In this document: in pieces, positions 21,675-36,889 of the stretch
Position numbering within the stretch: the first letter of the stretch is position 1
How the letters are laid out: each line of letters begins with the position of its first letter
NCBI RefSeq assembly: GCF_009914755.1
Contig: NC_060931.1
Source: the human T2T-CHM13v2.0 reference genome, Homo sapiens
Reading direction: 5' to 3' (one strand)
DNA: 64,000 bases
Notes under the pieces: model-generated
Told to the model about the DNA's origin: nothing
The model's database searches: none
The model's input: only the letters and a program-made list of their open reading frames with translations
Translations under genes and position numbers: made by a program

Positions 21675-22918
21675 GTAAGAAAGGAAAAATAATTTTGTCT
21701 CTACACTTCATGGTAGTTTTTGGTCTGACAGACTCCTTTAACAAAAGACAGATTAACAAGAGAAAAACAAGCAGAAGTTTAATAACACATAAACCTTATG
21801 TATATGTTGGAGATACCCAGACAAATGAATACAGTTGTCCTCCTTTATCTGTGGTTTCCCTTTCTGAAGTTTCAATTAGCCATAGTCTACCATGGTCTGA
21901 AAATATTAAATGGAAATTTCCAGAAATGAAACAATTCATAAGTTTCAAGTTGCACACCTTTCTAAGTAGTGTGATGAAATTGCCAGACATCCTCCTCCAG
22001 CATGCCTGGGAAGTGAGTCATCCCTTTGTCTCCCATATCCAAATGGCCTTCACTATCCACACATTAGTCTCTTAGTAGCACCATCTTGGTTATCAGATCA
22101 ACTGTCATGGTTTCACAGTGCTTGTGCTCAAGTGACCCTTATTTCACTCAATCATAACCCCAAATTGCAAGAGTAGTGATGCTGGCAATTCAGATATGCC
22201 ACAGGAAAGCCATAAAGTGCCTTGTATAAGTGAAAAGGTGAAAGTTATTGACTTAATGAAAGAAAAAAAATTGTATGCTGAAGTTGCTAAGATCTACAGT
22301 AAGAATGAATCTTCTGTCTGTAAAATTGTGAACAGTATCTTGTTATAATTGTTCTGTTTCATTAGTCATTGCTGCTAATATTTTATTGCCTCATTTATGA
22401 GTTAAACTTTATCATGGATATGTATGTATAGGAAGAAACAGTGTATATGGTCTTCGGTATTACCCATGGTTTCAGACATCCACTGGGGGTCTTGGAATGT
22501 ATCCCCCATGGATAGGGGGACTACTGTAAGTCTCAAAGAAGTGGCTTGGAATTCAGACTTAAATACCATCCTCACTGAAATAAAGCAAGAAGCTTGTGGG
22601 GGAAGGCCAGTTATGGAAAGGTATTCAATAAAAGCTTGGTAAGCAAGGTAAGGTTTGTTATGCAGATTTAAGTGAGTACTTTCTTTATTAATAAGTCTCT
22701 AGTGATGCAGTCATTTTTCTCTTCCTCATACAGAGAGGAGACACTCTTACAAAGAAATCTTCATTTCCTTTATAGATGTTAATTTCCCTTACAAAAGGAT
22801 AACATCTACTCTGTTTTCAGAGTTTGTACTGTGACTATAGTTTCTGAAAATATTTAGCTCAAAAAAATTTTTATGCCAAAGAGGCATATTTTATGATGGC
22901 ATATTCTGATCCCCTATA
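21675..22918 (-). mobile_element. ERV1 LTR (MER31/MER67-like) split by MER44
   Basis: acaaaagacagattaacaagagaaaa ... gccaaagaggcatattttatgatggcatattctgatcccc. Confidence 0.6.
21832..22526 (+). mobile_element. MER44C/D (Tigger7-derived MITE), complete
   Basis: TIRs cagttgtcctcctttatc...gatagggggactactg; TA on both sides. Confidence 0.88.
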
Positions 22919-23742
22919 GGACCATGGACCTAAATTTAAAAGATAAAGTTTTTGGACTATATCATGGGAGAATACCTTCATAACATTGGGGTAAGCAAAT
23001 ATTTCTTAAACAAAGCACAAGAAAACAGGAAATTAATTTATCAGTATCATTAAATAGCCAATATTATTAGTCATCAAGGAAATGCAAATTAAAACCACAA
23101 CATAACATTTCACACTCAATAGAATGGCTAAAATATAAAAAGACTATACCAAATGTTGGTGAGATGTGGAGCACTGGACTCATACATTGCTGATGAGAGG
23201 CAAGCTGCTATAACCATTTAAGAAAACTGGCAATGTCTTATAAAAATAAAACTCTATCTATCCTATCGTCTAACAGTTCTAGCCACAGATATTTACTCAT
23301 GAAAAATAACTGCATATGTCCATGAAAATTCATGCACAAGAATGTCTGAAGCAATTTTGTTTATAATAAACTAAAACTGGAAGTAACACAAATGTCTATC
23401 AGTGAGTAAATATATTGTGAAAAATTTATATGGTAAAATATTACATAATGATATATAAAGAATAAACTATTGTTATACAGATATCATATCGAAGAAAAGA
23501 TGCCAGACACAAAAGGCTACATGCAGTGTGATTCCATTTGCACGCAGTTCAAAAAACTTATAAAATGGATAGATGGTGATATATGTCAGAAAAATGCTTA
23601 TCAAGGTGAGGATATTATCTAGGAAGGGATATGAGAAAAAATTATGGAATTTTCTATGTCTTCATCTAGTTGGTAGTTTCACAAGTGTATACATGTATTA
23701 ATAAAATCAATTAACTCTTCATTTAAGATTATTTTATGCACC

Positions 23743-24553
23743 TGTAAATGAAAATAAAATTCTAACCCCCTCAATCAACTGAATGGACCCCTCTTCTCAG
23801 CCAAAGGCATTCTAAAGTAAACTTGAAACACTATTCAGGCCCTGATGGGAAAGGGAGTGTCAGATATGCCTCATTTTACCTTCCTCCTTTGGATTTCAGG
23901 CATGGCTGATCAGCATTAACATTCAAACAGACCTTAAGACTAACAAATCAGATTCTTTGTAGCAAGAAGATATCAACAATGACAGATAGCAAGCTCTGAA
24001 AGAAATTGAAATATTTCATCCCAAAATATATTTATTTGACATATTTTGAAATGGCCCCACAAAGTTGTCTCTTGTGGGGAAAATCTATATTCTGTAGAGA
24101 ATCCCCTTCCCTTAGAGAATTAACTGTTTGGCATCTTTTTATGTCTGATAAGAAACATTTACAATCTTCTCTCTGAAGCCTGCTACCTGGAGGCTTCATC
24201 TGCGTAATAAGGACCTTGGTCTCCACAACCCCTTGTCTTAACCCAGACACTCCCTTCCATTCATTCCTGGTCATTAGATAAACTCTTTCAACCAACTGCC
24301 AATCAAAAAATCTTTCAGCCTACCTATGACCTGGAAGTACTTGCTTCGAGTTTCTCTGCCTTTCTGGACCAAACCAATGTTCATCTTACATGTATTGATT
24401 GATGTCTTATGTCTCCCTAAAATGTACAAAACCAACCACCTTGGGTACATGTTCTCAGGATGTGGGGCTGTGTCATGGGCCATTAGTCACTCACAGTAGG
24501 CTCAAAATAAATGTCTTCAAAAATTTTACAGAGCTTGACTCTTTTTGTTGACA
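23743..24553 (+). mobile_element. MER4-group (MER4D/E-like) solo LTR
   Basis: tgtaaatgaaaataaaattctaaccccc...tgaatggacccctc ... aataaa...gactctttttgttgaca. Confidence 0.85.
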
Positions 24554-24689
24554 ACCTTATTGAATATAAGAAACAAGTCCAATGTAAAAAAATGAGGAGT
24601 ATTTTTATCAGCTGAGAAGTGTGTTAGCTTTTTTTTCCCAAGCATGTTTTGTGTGAGACATGAAAGGATTCTCAGAAGAAATAAATTTG

Positions 24690-25972
24690 ATTCTCATTAT
24701 TTACAGTATTCATGTTCTATAAAGCCACTGTGAATTACCACATTAGCAAATACTGAACAATTGTTCCTAGGGGAAACACAAGTTTAGGTTCCTGCTAGCA
24801 TCTGGTCACAACATTTTTGTCAACTGATTAATACCCAACTGTCATCCAAAAGACCACCAGAATGACTAAATAATAGAAAGGAGAGTATTATTGGAAGTAT
24901 CAGTTTGCAAACCAGGAAGAGATCATCACTGGTGTGTGCAGAAAGTGCTCTCTCTACAAAGACGGGGGAAAAGGCTAGGTTTTATTCCTCACAGGGCCTG
25001 TTTCACACACTAGAGTCATATATAGTAAGCAGATTTTAGGGTAAAGCTATAGGTATTTATGAGGGGAGTCAAGTGCATGTGCAATGGGTAAACATATGTG
25101 TAACATACATCCCATGTTCATTTGGGGGCAGGATTTTAGCATTAAAATGAGATGGAAGTTGGCTCTTTACATCAAAAATGAACTATAGGATACAAAGACA
25201 GTTTGTGCACAGCTGCTATAAGCTGGCTAAAACTGGCTTGAGATCTGCAATTGCTTATTAGAAAAGAATGTTTGTAAGGTTGGTCGTCTGTCCAACCAGA
25301 GTTGTAGTGGTCTGGGTTGCAAAGCAGAGTTAGAAGGGGTCCAACAGGTCCTACTGTAGGGAATTTAGAGCCATAGGAATTTAGAAATTTGCCATTCCAG
25401 CTGGGCCCTGAATCCTTGACTCATAAGTAACTTTGTTTTCATAACCTTAACTTTAGGGTTTATCTTAGTTGATAAGGGGGTACCTATTGTGGTCTCTCAG
25501 ATCACATCATCTTGTTTCATGCGTTCTTGTATGTTGTTGATACATTAACATTAAACTCACAGCTAATAACAGTATAACTCATGCCTGAACAAAGCTTATC
25601 TGATGGTACATTTTCTCCGCGAGGCACATCACAGCCTTCTTGTGCTTAGGAATAGTAGACAGCACTTCAACACTATGCCATTTAGGGGCGATTCTGAACA
25701 GCAGAATCGCCAATAAACATCATAAAAAAGCAAAAACTATGGCACTAAATGAAAAGGACAGTGTGAGAGCCCAAACAAGAAAGCAAAGCCTCACCTTGTT
25801 TGATCTCAGCTCTGAACATGAATGTCAGGCAACTCAAATTTTTCACCATTCCATGTATGTCTGTGAATAATCCTGAAAATGCCACAAGTATTGATTTTAG
25901 TGTTAAAAATAAATTTTATTGAATAGGCAAATTTGCAAATACAAAATCCATGAATAGTGAGGATTGAGTATA
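24690..25972 (+). mobile_element. MER82 DNA transposon relic split by an LTR
   Basis: ttagcaaatactgaacaattgttcctaggggaaa ... aatttgcaaatacaaaatccatgaatagtgaggat. Confidence 0.7.
24840..25506 (-). mobile_element. ERV1 solo LTR (MER72-like)
   Basis: Minus strand tgtgatctgagagaccacaataggtaccccctta tcaactaagat...; TG...CA ends. Confidence 0.65.
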
Positions 25973-26149
25973 ACTAGCAGGCTATTGGACACGAATCTTT
26001 CACCAATTCTCAAGTTCAAGAATAATGTCCCTTACAGTTTTAAAGAGCTTTAAATCAACAATAAATGCCTCAATAGGGAGATGACATATATGAGTTCTAC
26101 ACATAATCACTGGACAAACCAATATCCCATCCAACCAAAAATGGGCTTT

Positions 26150-29100
26150 TTTGTTAAGGATTAAGGATATGTGACTATGTTTATGAAGAATATTGATCTG
26201 TAGTTTGCCTGTAATGTTTTTGTCTGGTTTTGGTACAAGAACAATGCTAGCCTCATAAAATGAGTTGATGAGAGCTCCCTCCTCTATTTTCTGAAAGAGA
26301 TTTCTAGGATTAGAGTTATTGTTCCATTAAATATTAATTATATTTGCCATTGAAGCCCTCTGAGCCTGGCGTTTTCTTTGTGGGAAGGGTCTTATCACAA
26401 ATTCAATTTATTTAGAAGGTACAAGGACAATCAGATTGTCTATTTCTTCTCAAGTCAGATTTGATATTTTATGTATTTCAACGCACTTACCCATTTAAGT
26501 TGATGAATTTATTGGCATAAAGTTGTTTGTATTATTCCCTTATTATTCTTCAAATATCTGTAATATATTCAGGTAATGTCCCCTCTTTCATTCCTAATAT
26601 TGGTAATTTTTTCTGTTTTTTCAGATCAGTATGAATAGAATTCTATCAATTTTATTGTTCTTTTCAAAAAGACCTTTTGCTTTTACTTTCTCTATTATTT
26701 GTCTGTGTTGTATTTCATGGATTTCTGCTGTGAGCTTTACTATTGTATTTTTTTTTTTTTTTTGAGACAGAGTGTCCCTCTGTCACCCAGGCTGGAGTGC
26801 AGTGGCGCAATCTTGGCTCGCTACAACCTCTGTCTCCCTGGTTCAAGTGACTTACCTGCCTCAGCCTCCTGAGTAGCTGGGATTACAGGCACCCGCAACC
26901 ACACCTGACTAATTTTTGTGTTTTTAGTAGAGATGAGGTTTCACTATGTTAGCCATGCTGGTCTCGAACTCCTGACCTCAAGTGACCTGCCTGCCTAAGC
27001 CTCCCAAAGTGCTGGGATTACAGGTGTGAGCCACTGTGTCTGGCCTACTATTGCCTTTTGTCTACATATTATGACTAATTTGCTTGTCTTTTTCTGGTTT
27101 CATAAGGTAAGAAATATAAGTTTCTTGACATTAAACCTATCACTTAGAAATGCTACTTTAATCGTACCTCCCAATTTTTAATACGTTATATTTAAATTTT
27201 CATTTAGTTGAAAATATTACCCTATGATTTCCTTTTTGACTCATGAATCATTTTGAAGAGTATTGATTTCCACATATTTAGGAATTATCCATGTATCTTT
27301 CTGTTACTGATTTTCAATTTAATTCTGTTATGATCAGAAGACATGCTCTGTGTGATTTCTTTCTTTAGAAATCCACTGAAACTTCAAGTTTTGTGGCCCA
27401 GCACATGGTGAATTTTCTATGTGTATATGAAGAAGAGTATATGTTCTGCCGTTGTTTGGGAGAATGCTAATAAGTTTGACAGTATTGTTTGTCTTCTATA
27501 TCCTCTTTGATTGTCTATTTACTTGTTCAGTCAGTTAATGAGAGTATTAAAACTTCTAACAAAATTATAGATTTCTGTATTCTGCCTTTCAATGTTGTCA
27601 TTTCTTTACTTCTTATGTTTTGAAACTTTGATATTCATTGCATATACATTTAATATTCTTATGTCTTCTTGGTGAATTTGCTCACTTACCATTATTACAT
27701 GGTATATGCTATATTAAATTTGCTTTACTTATGAACACCCAAGTAATTTAAAAGCCAAAGGTTGGCATAAGATAGAACATGCAAAGAATAAACATCAGAA
27801 ATCTAGAGTAGTTATGGCAATTTCAGGCAAAATAGACCTCATAACAGAGAATATTATCAGAAATATCAAAATGTTGAAATTTATTTTAGCTCTTTAAAGA
27901 CGTCATTCCATTATCTTCTTGTCTCCATTTTTTTGAGAAGCCAACCAACCATTTCCTATCACTGTAATGTGTATGTAATGTATCTCTTTTTCTTTGGCTG
28001 CCTTTAAACTTTCTAACTCTTGGTGTGTCCAGGTATAGCATTCTTTGCATTCATTCTGTTTAATGCTTAGTCAGCTTTTTGCATCTGTGAGTTGATGTTT
28101 TAAACTAATTGGAAAAACGTTACGTTAGTTACTCTTTGAAACTTTTTGTTTCTATTTTCTGTCTTTTTTCTTTCTGGGACTTAAACTATATGTGTTTATT
28201 ATGTAATATGGTAGTACGGGTCACTGAGGATCTTTAATTTTCTCTTTTTTTTCTTTTTTGTTTCACTTTGAAAAATTCTATTGACCTATCTTTATGGAAA
28301 TGGATTTTTTTCTTTGAATTTTTTAAAAGGTTGGTTTTATTCAGCTATGTTTTTATTTCAGATACTATATTTTTAATTTCCACTTGATTCTTTTTGAATT
28401 TTATATATTTCCAAAGATATCCTGTATCCTCGTCTATTATATCCACCTTCTCTGCAAATTTGTTAAAACAACTGTAACATTCCTACTTTAAAATCTTCTG
28501 TTAGTTTCAATATCTGGGTCCTCTGTGGGTCTGTTTCTATTGACTATTATTTTTTCTTCTCACTATGTGTCCAAAGACTAGTAAGTTTTAAATTCTGAAG
28601 TATACATTATAGAACATGCTATAGATATTCTAGATTTTATCTTCCTCTGAAAAGTTCTGGGGTCTATTCTCGCGTGCAGTTATATTAAGACTGATCATCT
28701 TAATTCTGTTGAAGTTTGATTTTAGACTTTGTTAGGGAGGGTCTGTTTCCATTTTTCCCTTAGTGCTAATGTATAAACCTTATGTTTAGAATGTGGTCCT
28801 TATTCCTAAGGGTGACTGTGGTTTCAATGGAAAAATCAAGGTGTTTTCCGAATCCTTCTAACATGATAGAACAATTCCAAACTCTGTCTCTCCAGCACTG
28901 GGAAATTTCCAAAATCTCTGACCAGCTCTTTCAGGCTTCCATTTTTTTATTTCTATTGGAAGTATCACTCCAGAAGTGTTGTTATGACCGTACAAATTTC
29001 AGGTTTCATCCAAGGATTTGAAACTGTATGCAAATTTGGAGGTCCCCTGTTCTTCTCTGAGCTATCCCATTCAATTTCCAGCTTTTCTGCCACCCCCAAA

Positions 29101-29350
29101 TCCTGACTTTTAACTCATCAGCTCAATAAAACTGCAACTTTCTGCTTAAGCTCCATTGCCCATGTGCAAGACAGACTAGGAGTTATGGTCAGCAGAATAG
29201 TAGAACAAATGTGGTTTTCACTTAGTATGCCTCCCTTCTTTCAATGGTCACTCACCAATGCATTCAAAAATTGCTTTTTACATTTAGTCCGAAGTTTATA
29301 CTTGTTGTAATCAGGAAGACTAGTCCACTATAGCCACCTTACCATTACTA
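26150..29350 (-). mobile_element. Ancient L1M fragments (mostly minus strand)
   Basis: T-rich L1 antisense motifs (gcctcataaaatgagttg, ttttgtggcccagcacatgg). Confidence 0.65.
26748..27045 (-). mobile_element. AluS
   Basis: Full dimer; TSD tactattg. Confidence 0.95.
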
Positions 29351-30479
29351 GAGGTCAAAAACTTCTAGTACTTTATTTCTATTATGTTTTACAAAAGTAT
29401 TGGTCTATGATTGGGTAGAAATTTTAAAAATCCTGATCATTACAACAAATAGTTTGAGAAATCCTGCTTTTCTACTCCCCATAGGCAATTATTTCCAGAT
29501 CCAACTAGTTCCTACTGTCAGATATCATTGCATCTGCATATCAGAGACCCTGAGAACAAAGAATATGGACTTCTCTCCAGCTTACACAAATAGGTTACAT
29601 GACTGTTTTTGTGTCTGCTTGTTAATAAATGTTTTTAAGTTTGTTGGGATTTTGTCTGAGACTTACTTTCATTGTGATGCATTTTCCAGTAGCAAGTTTG
29701 TAGAGGAGAAGAAATATATCACCCATTTATCTAGATCAGGGTCTCAAATAGAATAGATGTTAATAAATATTTGAAAATGAATCAATATTTTTCTAAAAGG
29801 TACACTTCACTTCTCTGCCTTAACTAAAACCTAGTTCTCTCTAGCTTCATCCACTGTTCTACCAAGTAGAGACTTTTTTTTCTCCTCTCACATCTCATTT
29901 AACTCAGGGTAGGGAGAAGTCATCCCTGAGCTTTATCACCACTGTGAACACAGGCAGTTCCTTTGAAGCTACAATATTTACCTTCTCATTGTCTTCCAAG
30001 ACTTACCACCTGTACCTCTTTCCTCATTTCTGCTGCTTGATCTGTAGACAGCGCTAAGTCTGTGAAGACCAGGAAATTAGTCACAGGCATTCTCTAAACT
30101 TTAATAAAAGAAATTCAAGGGGATGATGTATCAGCTTCATTGTTTTTGCTTTTCTCCCCCAATTCAAGAAGCTTGAACTCACTCAGCATGACTAAGTTTT
30201 TGTTTCATCCCTCCAAAGAGGAAAAATTCTACTAGTACGTCTGTCCTAAATGTCAAGAAGATGTCGAAAGTCCAGATTTTATTTCTTCCTTTTCATCGTC
30301 CCTGAATTACTAACATGAAGGTATTGTTTTACTGCTCATTTTCTTATATCTTATTATCAAGCGTATGGTGAAAAGTTGTGGAGGTAGAGACCCACAAGCA
30401 ACTCCGGACTTTGTGAGACTCAGTTGTTTCTAGACATTTGGGCACATATATCTGAAAGAAGTGCCATTCCACATGCCTA

Positions 30480-30662
30480 TTTTTTTATTTTTTGTTTTTT
30501 GAGACAAGATCTCTCTCTGTCACCCAGGCTGGAGAGCAGTGGCACCATCAGGGCTCAGTGCAGCCTTGACCTTCTGGACTCAAGCAATCCTCCCACCTCA
30601 GCCTCCCAAGTAGCTGGGACTACAGGCATGTCCCACCATGCCAACACATGCCTAATTTTTAA
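30480..30662 (-). mobile_element. Alu right monomer (FRAM/AluJ)
   Basis: gagacaagatctctctctgtcacccaggctgg...ctaattttt. Confidence 0.85.
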
Positions 30663-33338
30663 AAATTGACGATGTTGAAAAAATCAAAGTATCAAAGAAA
30701 AAGTTCCTCATCCGTCCATTTCTATATTTCCATCCATTTTCTTTTTCTATCTTTCTCCCCTGTTAAAACTAATTAACTTTTCTAAGACTTCATGGGCAAC
30801 CTCCATTCATGCTCAAATTTACATACACCCTTGCCTTTCCTTCTTCAGTTACAGGCCATTTTCTCCATGGTATATCTTCATTCTCTCCCTCATTACTCAT
30901 TCTACTTGGATTTGTCAGGGAAAAACACCATATTAGCTGAAATATGAAGAATTAGTTGGTCTTCTGTGAATGAGGAAGGCAACAAAAGGGTGATCGAAGA
31001 AAAAGAACAGCATATATATAGAAAGAACATAAAAGACATTATTTATATTTGGGGAAATAAATTATAATCTATTGTGCTAAGAATATGGAGTGGGTAGGTT
31101 ATCCAATGTGTTGGCACACAAATTCATAGTACTTTTGTTCATAGTACATTTTTATAATTCTTTTTGATTCTGTAAATTCAGTAGTAATATTCCCTCTCGC
31201 ATTTCTAATTTTAGTCTTCTCGTGTTTTTTTCGTAGTCAGTCTAGCTAAAGGTTTCTTAATTTTGTTTATATTTTTAAAGAACCAGCTCTTGGTTTTATT
31301 AATTTTGTTTCTTATTTTCTATTTTATCTATTTCTACTCTATTATTTTCTTCTTTCTGCTAGCTTTGGATTTAATTTGAAAATTTTTCCTAGTTTCTTAA
31401 GGGTGTAAAGCTAGATTGTCGATTTGAGACATTTTTAATGTAAACATTTGTAACTATATATTTCTCTCAGCGCTGCTTTCACTGCATTCTATAAATTATG
31501 GTGTGCTATGTTTTCACTTTCACTTGTCACAAAATATTTTCTGATTTCCCTGCCTATTAATTTTTTGATGCATTGGTTATTTTAGAGTGTTTTATAATTT
31601 CCACATATTCGTGAATTTTCCAGTTTTCCCTCTGCTATTGATCTCTTGCTTCATTCCATTGTGATAGAAAAAGGTACTTTGCATGATTTTCATGTTTAAA
31701 ATGTATTAGGGAGCAAAATCAACATGTAACTCAGAGCAGCAGTCACCGAAATGTCCCTGGCCAGCATCCTTCCACCTGTCCACAAGCATGGGGAGCATCT
31801 TTGTCAACCTCTTCGAAAGCATTTTTGGCAAAAAAGAAATGCACATCCTCATCGTGGTCCTCAGTGCTGCAGGGAAAACAACAATCCTATATAAGCTGAA
31901 GCTGAGTGACATCATGACCACCATCCCTACCATAGGCTTCAATGTGGAAACCATGGAGTACAGGAACATCAGCTTAACCATGTGGAACATGGGCAGCCAA
32001 GAAAACATCTGGCCTCTGTGGCACCACTACTTCCAGAATACACAAGGACTGATCTTCGTAGTGGACAGCAATGATAGAAAGTGTGGAAAGGAGGCCTGGG
32101 AGGAGCTCTTTAGGATGCTGGCTGAGGATGAGCTCTGGGTGCAGTCCTCCTGGTGTTTGCCAACAAGCAGGGCCTCCCCAATGCCAGGAATGCAGCCAAG
32201 ATCACAGACAAGCTGGGGCTGCATTACCTGTGCCACAGGAACTGGTGCATTTAGGCCACCTATGCCATTAGTGGAGACAGGCTCTGTGAAGGACTGGACT
32301 GGCTGTCCAATCAACTCTGGAACCAGAAGTGAATGCAACACCCTCTCGCTCTCATTGCTCCTCTTCCCCTTCACTTTATCCTCATGTGGCAAATGTGCAG
32401 CTCTGTGGTGTGAGTGCCAGAACCTGCTTCCCTGGTTTGGTCACCATGTGCATCATACTGTGCTGTAAATGTGACAGACATAGCCTGTGGCCAGACTTTT
32501 TATTTAATGTAAATAGTTCTTGTTTCCAGTGAGGCAGTTTCTGCTACTCCTATGCAATATTACTCAGGTTTTTTGTTTGTTTGTTTTACCGTAAAAAGAA
32601 AAATCAACTCATTCTTCAGTGCTGAGAGGGGACATAGGCTCATGGGTACCTGGCCTCTGAGAGTCACCAATTTGGGAGAGCTGGGGATGCCTCTAACTTC
32701 AGAGCTGTGTTGATACCCATTTTGGTGGTTGGTTTTTAACCCAAACGCGGTGCATTTTTAAAAATAGTTTAGAATCAACGTCAAGAACACTTGAACACAC
32801 AAAAGAGAGACTTTGCTTAGCATGGGTTTGCAGTTATGGCCTGGATGCTAGTCACCGGCTTGGCTATTCCCCTCAGGAACATCAGGTGGTGGCACAGCAA
32901 GACTGCCATCAATTCTGCATGGTCACAATAGAGATGTCTGTGACACACTTGTCCTTAGATCACCCTGCATCTCATAGCCTTGTGCTTGTCCCTGTGCTCC
33001 CATGGTTCTTGAGGGCTAGTCTTAGAGCCCATGGCTGTCTCATTCTCCCCCAGGCCACCTCCCTACCCACCTGCCTGCCTCAGCCTCCTCAGAGGATGTA
33101 GGGCCCTACTATCCCTTGGTCAGCATGTGGCCAGAGCAGGCCCATGGTCTTCAGCTCTTGTGCTCGTTGAGGCACATTGGTAGGATATCTGGGGCCTCAT
33201 CAGTGTTAATGAGAGCAAGGCAAGTGGACTGTGCACCTACACCCACAGCCCCTCAGGAGCACCCCATCTCCATATATGTCTTACCTGTCTCTCACTCAGA
33301 CTGCAAGCATCCAAGTTGCCATAAAAAAAGACGGCCTT

Positions 33339-33959
<621 letters not shown>

Positions 33960-35157
33960 GATGACCTCGATTTTTTTATTTTGTATTTTGATAAACACTA
34001 AAGAAGCTGGAGCTGTGAAATTTGTCTTGGGGAAAATCTCAGAACTGGTCTATCTGGTGTTGTGGAACCTTTTACTGTTTTCAGTACACAATTAGGAATC
34101 AACTGTTTTGTATACTTGTTTTCAGTTTTCATTTAGACAAACAAGCATTGTAATTATTGATATTAGAATAAAACCTCTTAACTATTAAAAATAAATCAAT
34201 CAATTTTAGAAAGTGTATAAAGATTTGGTTTTTGGCCTAACATATGATTTATCCTTTAGAATGTTCCATGTGTACTTGGCAAAATTATTTTGTGCTGTTT
34301 TTGGTCCCATTAGACTATAGGGTTGTTCAATTCTTGTATTTCCTTATAGATCTTCTATCTGGTTGTTCTATCTACTATTGAAAGTGAGATATTAAAATCT
34401 CCTACTATTCAAGAGCTATTTTTCCCTTCAGTTCAGTCAATGCATGCTTCATATATTTTGGAACACTGATGTTGGGTGAATATATGTTTATTTTATTGTT
34501 ACATCTTCTTACTGTATTGAAACTTCTATCATTATGAAATGACCATTTTTGTCTGAAGAATTTCTGACTTAAAGTCTATTTTACCTAATATTAATATAAC
34601 AACCTCTACTCCTTTTTGGTGACTATAATATCTTTTCCATCCTTTCAATTTTAGCCTATCCATGTCTTTTGGTCTAAAATGAGTCTCTTATAAACAGCAC
34701 AGAATTTGATCCTGTTTTTTAAAATCCGTTCTGCCACTATCTTTTGATTGAAGAATTTAATCTATTTACATTTAAAGTGATTACTGACAGGCACCTACTT
34801 TTATCATTTTGTTATTTGTTTTCTGTATGTTTTATACATTTTCATAACTCATTTCCTCTCTTACTGCCTTCCTTTATATTTAATTGATTTGTAATGACAT
34901 GTTTCAACTTCATTCTCATTTCTTTTTCTGTGTACTCTATGAATATTTTCTTTGTAATTACCATGAGGATTACATATAACATCCTAAATTATGAAAATCT
35001 ATCTTAAATTGATACCAAATTTATTTTAATCGAAAAAACTGTGTTATTTATAGCTCTGTCCCCTCTACTTATGTTATTACTATCAAAAATTTTATCTTTG
35101 TATTTTGTATACCCATTAAAATAGATTTTATAATTATGTTTTATGCACTTCTCTTTT

Positions 35158-36432
35158 TTTTAAGTTCAGGGTACATGTGAAGGTTTGTTACATAGGTAAA
35201 CTTGTATTATGGGGATTTATTGTACAGCTTATTTCATCACACAGGTATTAAGTCTAGTACCCATTAGTTATTTTTCCTGATTGTCTCCCTCCTCCCACCC
35301 TCCACCCCATAATAAGCCCCAGTGTGTGTTGTTCCCCTCTGTGTCCATATGTTCTCATCATTTAGCTGCCATGCATAAGTGAGAACACATGGTATTTCGT
35401 TTTCTGTTGATGTATTAGTTTGCTGAGGATAATAGCCTCCAGCTCCATCCATATTCTCTCAAAAGACACGATCTTGTTCTTTTCCATGGCTGCATAGTAT
35501 TCCATGGTGTATACATACCACATTTTCTTTATTCAGTCTACCATTGATGGGCATATAGGTTGATTCCATGCGTTTGCTATTGTGAGTAGAGCTACAATGA
35601 CCATTCATGTGCATGTGCCTTTATGGTAGAATGATTTATATTCATCTGGGTCACTGGGTCGAATAGTAGTTCTGCCTTTAGCTCTCTGAGGAATCACCTT
35701 ACTGCTTTCCACAATGGTTGAATTAATTTACATTCACACCAACAGTGGATAAGTGTTCCCTTTCTCTCCAGCCTCATCAGCATCATCAGTTACTTTTAGA
35801 CTCTTTAATAATAGCCATTCTGACTGGTGTGAGATGGTATCTCATTGGAGTTTTCGTTTGCATTTCTCTAATGATCAGTGATACTGAGCTTTTTTCATTT
35901 GCTTGTTGGCTGCATGTATGTCTACTTTTGAAAAGTGTTCATGTCCTTTGCCCACTTTTTAATGGGGTTGTTTTTCTCTTGTAAATTTAAGTTCCTTATA
36001 GATGCTTGACATTAGACCTTTTTCAGATGCATAGTTTGCAAATTTTTCTCCCACTCTGTACGTTGTCTGTTTATTCTGTTGATAGTTTATTTTGCTGTGC
36101 AGAAGCTCTTAAGTTTAGTTAGAGCCCACTTGTCAATTTTTGCTTTTGTTGCAATTGCTTTTGGTATCTTTGTCATGAAATCTTTGCCCATTCCTCTGTC
36201 CAGAATGGTACTGCCTAGGTTGTTTTCCAGGGTTCTTATAGTTTTGGGTTTTACATTTAAATATTTAATCCATCTTGAGTTAAATTTTTGTATATGTTGT
36301 AAGGAAGGTGTCCAGCATCAATCTGCTGCATATGGCTAGCCAGTTATCCCAACACCATTTATTGAGTAAGGAGTGTTTTCCCCCTTGTTTGTTTCTGTCA
36401 GCTTTGTTGAAGATCAGAGAGTCATAGGTATG
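35158..36432 (-). mobile_element. 5'-truncated L1PA (older, about PA13-16) 3' end
   Basis: L1PA 3'UTR antisense; TSD tgcactt(c/a)tctttt at 35144-35157 and 36433-36446. Confidence 0.88.
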
Positions 36433-36889
36433 TGCACTTATCTTTTAAATCTTATAGAATAAAAGTGGATTACAATACAAAATTACAATAATACTGTTTT
36501 TTATCTTTGTCCATGTATGTACCTTTACCAGAAAACTTTATATTTATATATGGCTTTAAATTACCATCTAGTGTCCTTTAATTTCCACTTGAAGTACCCT
36601 CTTTAGCATTCCTTGTATGGTAGGTCTAGTGATAATGAGCTCCAGTACCTTTTGATTGTCTGAATATATCCTAATTTCTCCCTCATTTTTGCAAGATATA
36701 AAATTCTTGACTGACAATTTTTTTTCTTTCAGGACTTTAAAAATACTACCCTACCACACTCTAGCCTGCGAGAGTTCTGCTAAGAAATCTACTGATTGTC
36801 TTATTAGAGACCCCTTGTATGTGATAAGTCACTTTTTTCCTGCTCCTTTCAGGATTATTTCCTTGTCTTTCACTTTTGTGTGTGTGTGT

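Larger units (their letters stand above)
19383..23742 (+). mobile_element. Ancient L1M ORF2/3' end continuation, fragmented by later insertions
   Basis: L1 motifs aaaaatcaactgtatttctacatac, gaaatgcaaattaaaaccaca, gccagacacaaaag. Confidence 0.65.

Noticed and set aside
31788-32468. Functional ARF-family gene
   Set aside because: Intronless with poly-A remnant, frameshift, nonsense codon in the parental frame and broken GTP-binding motifs.
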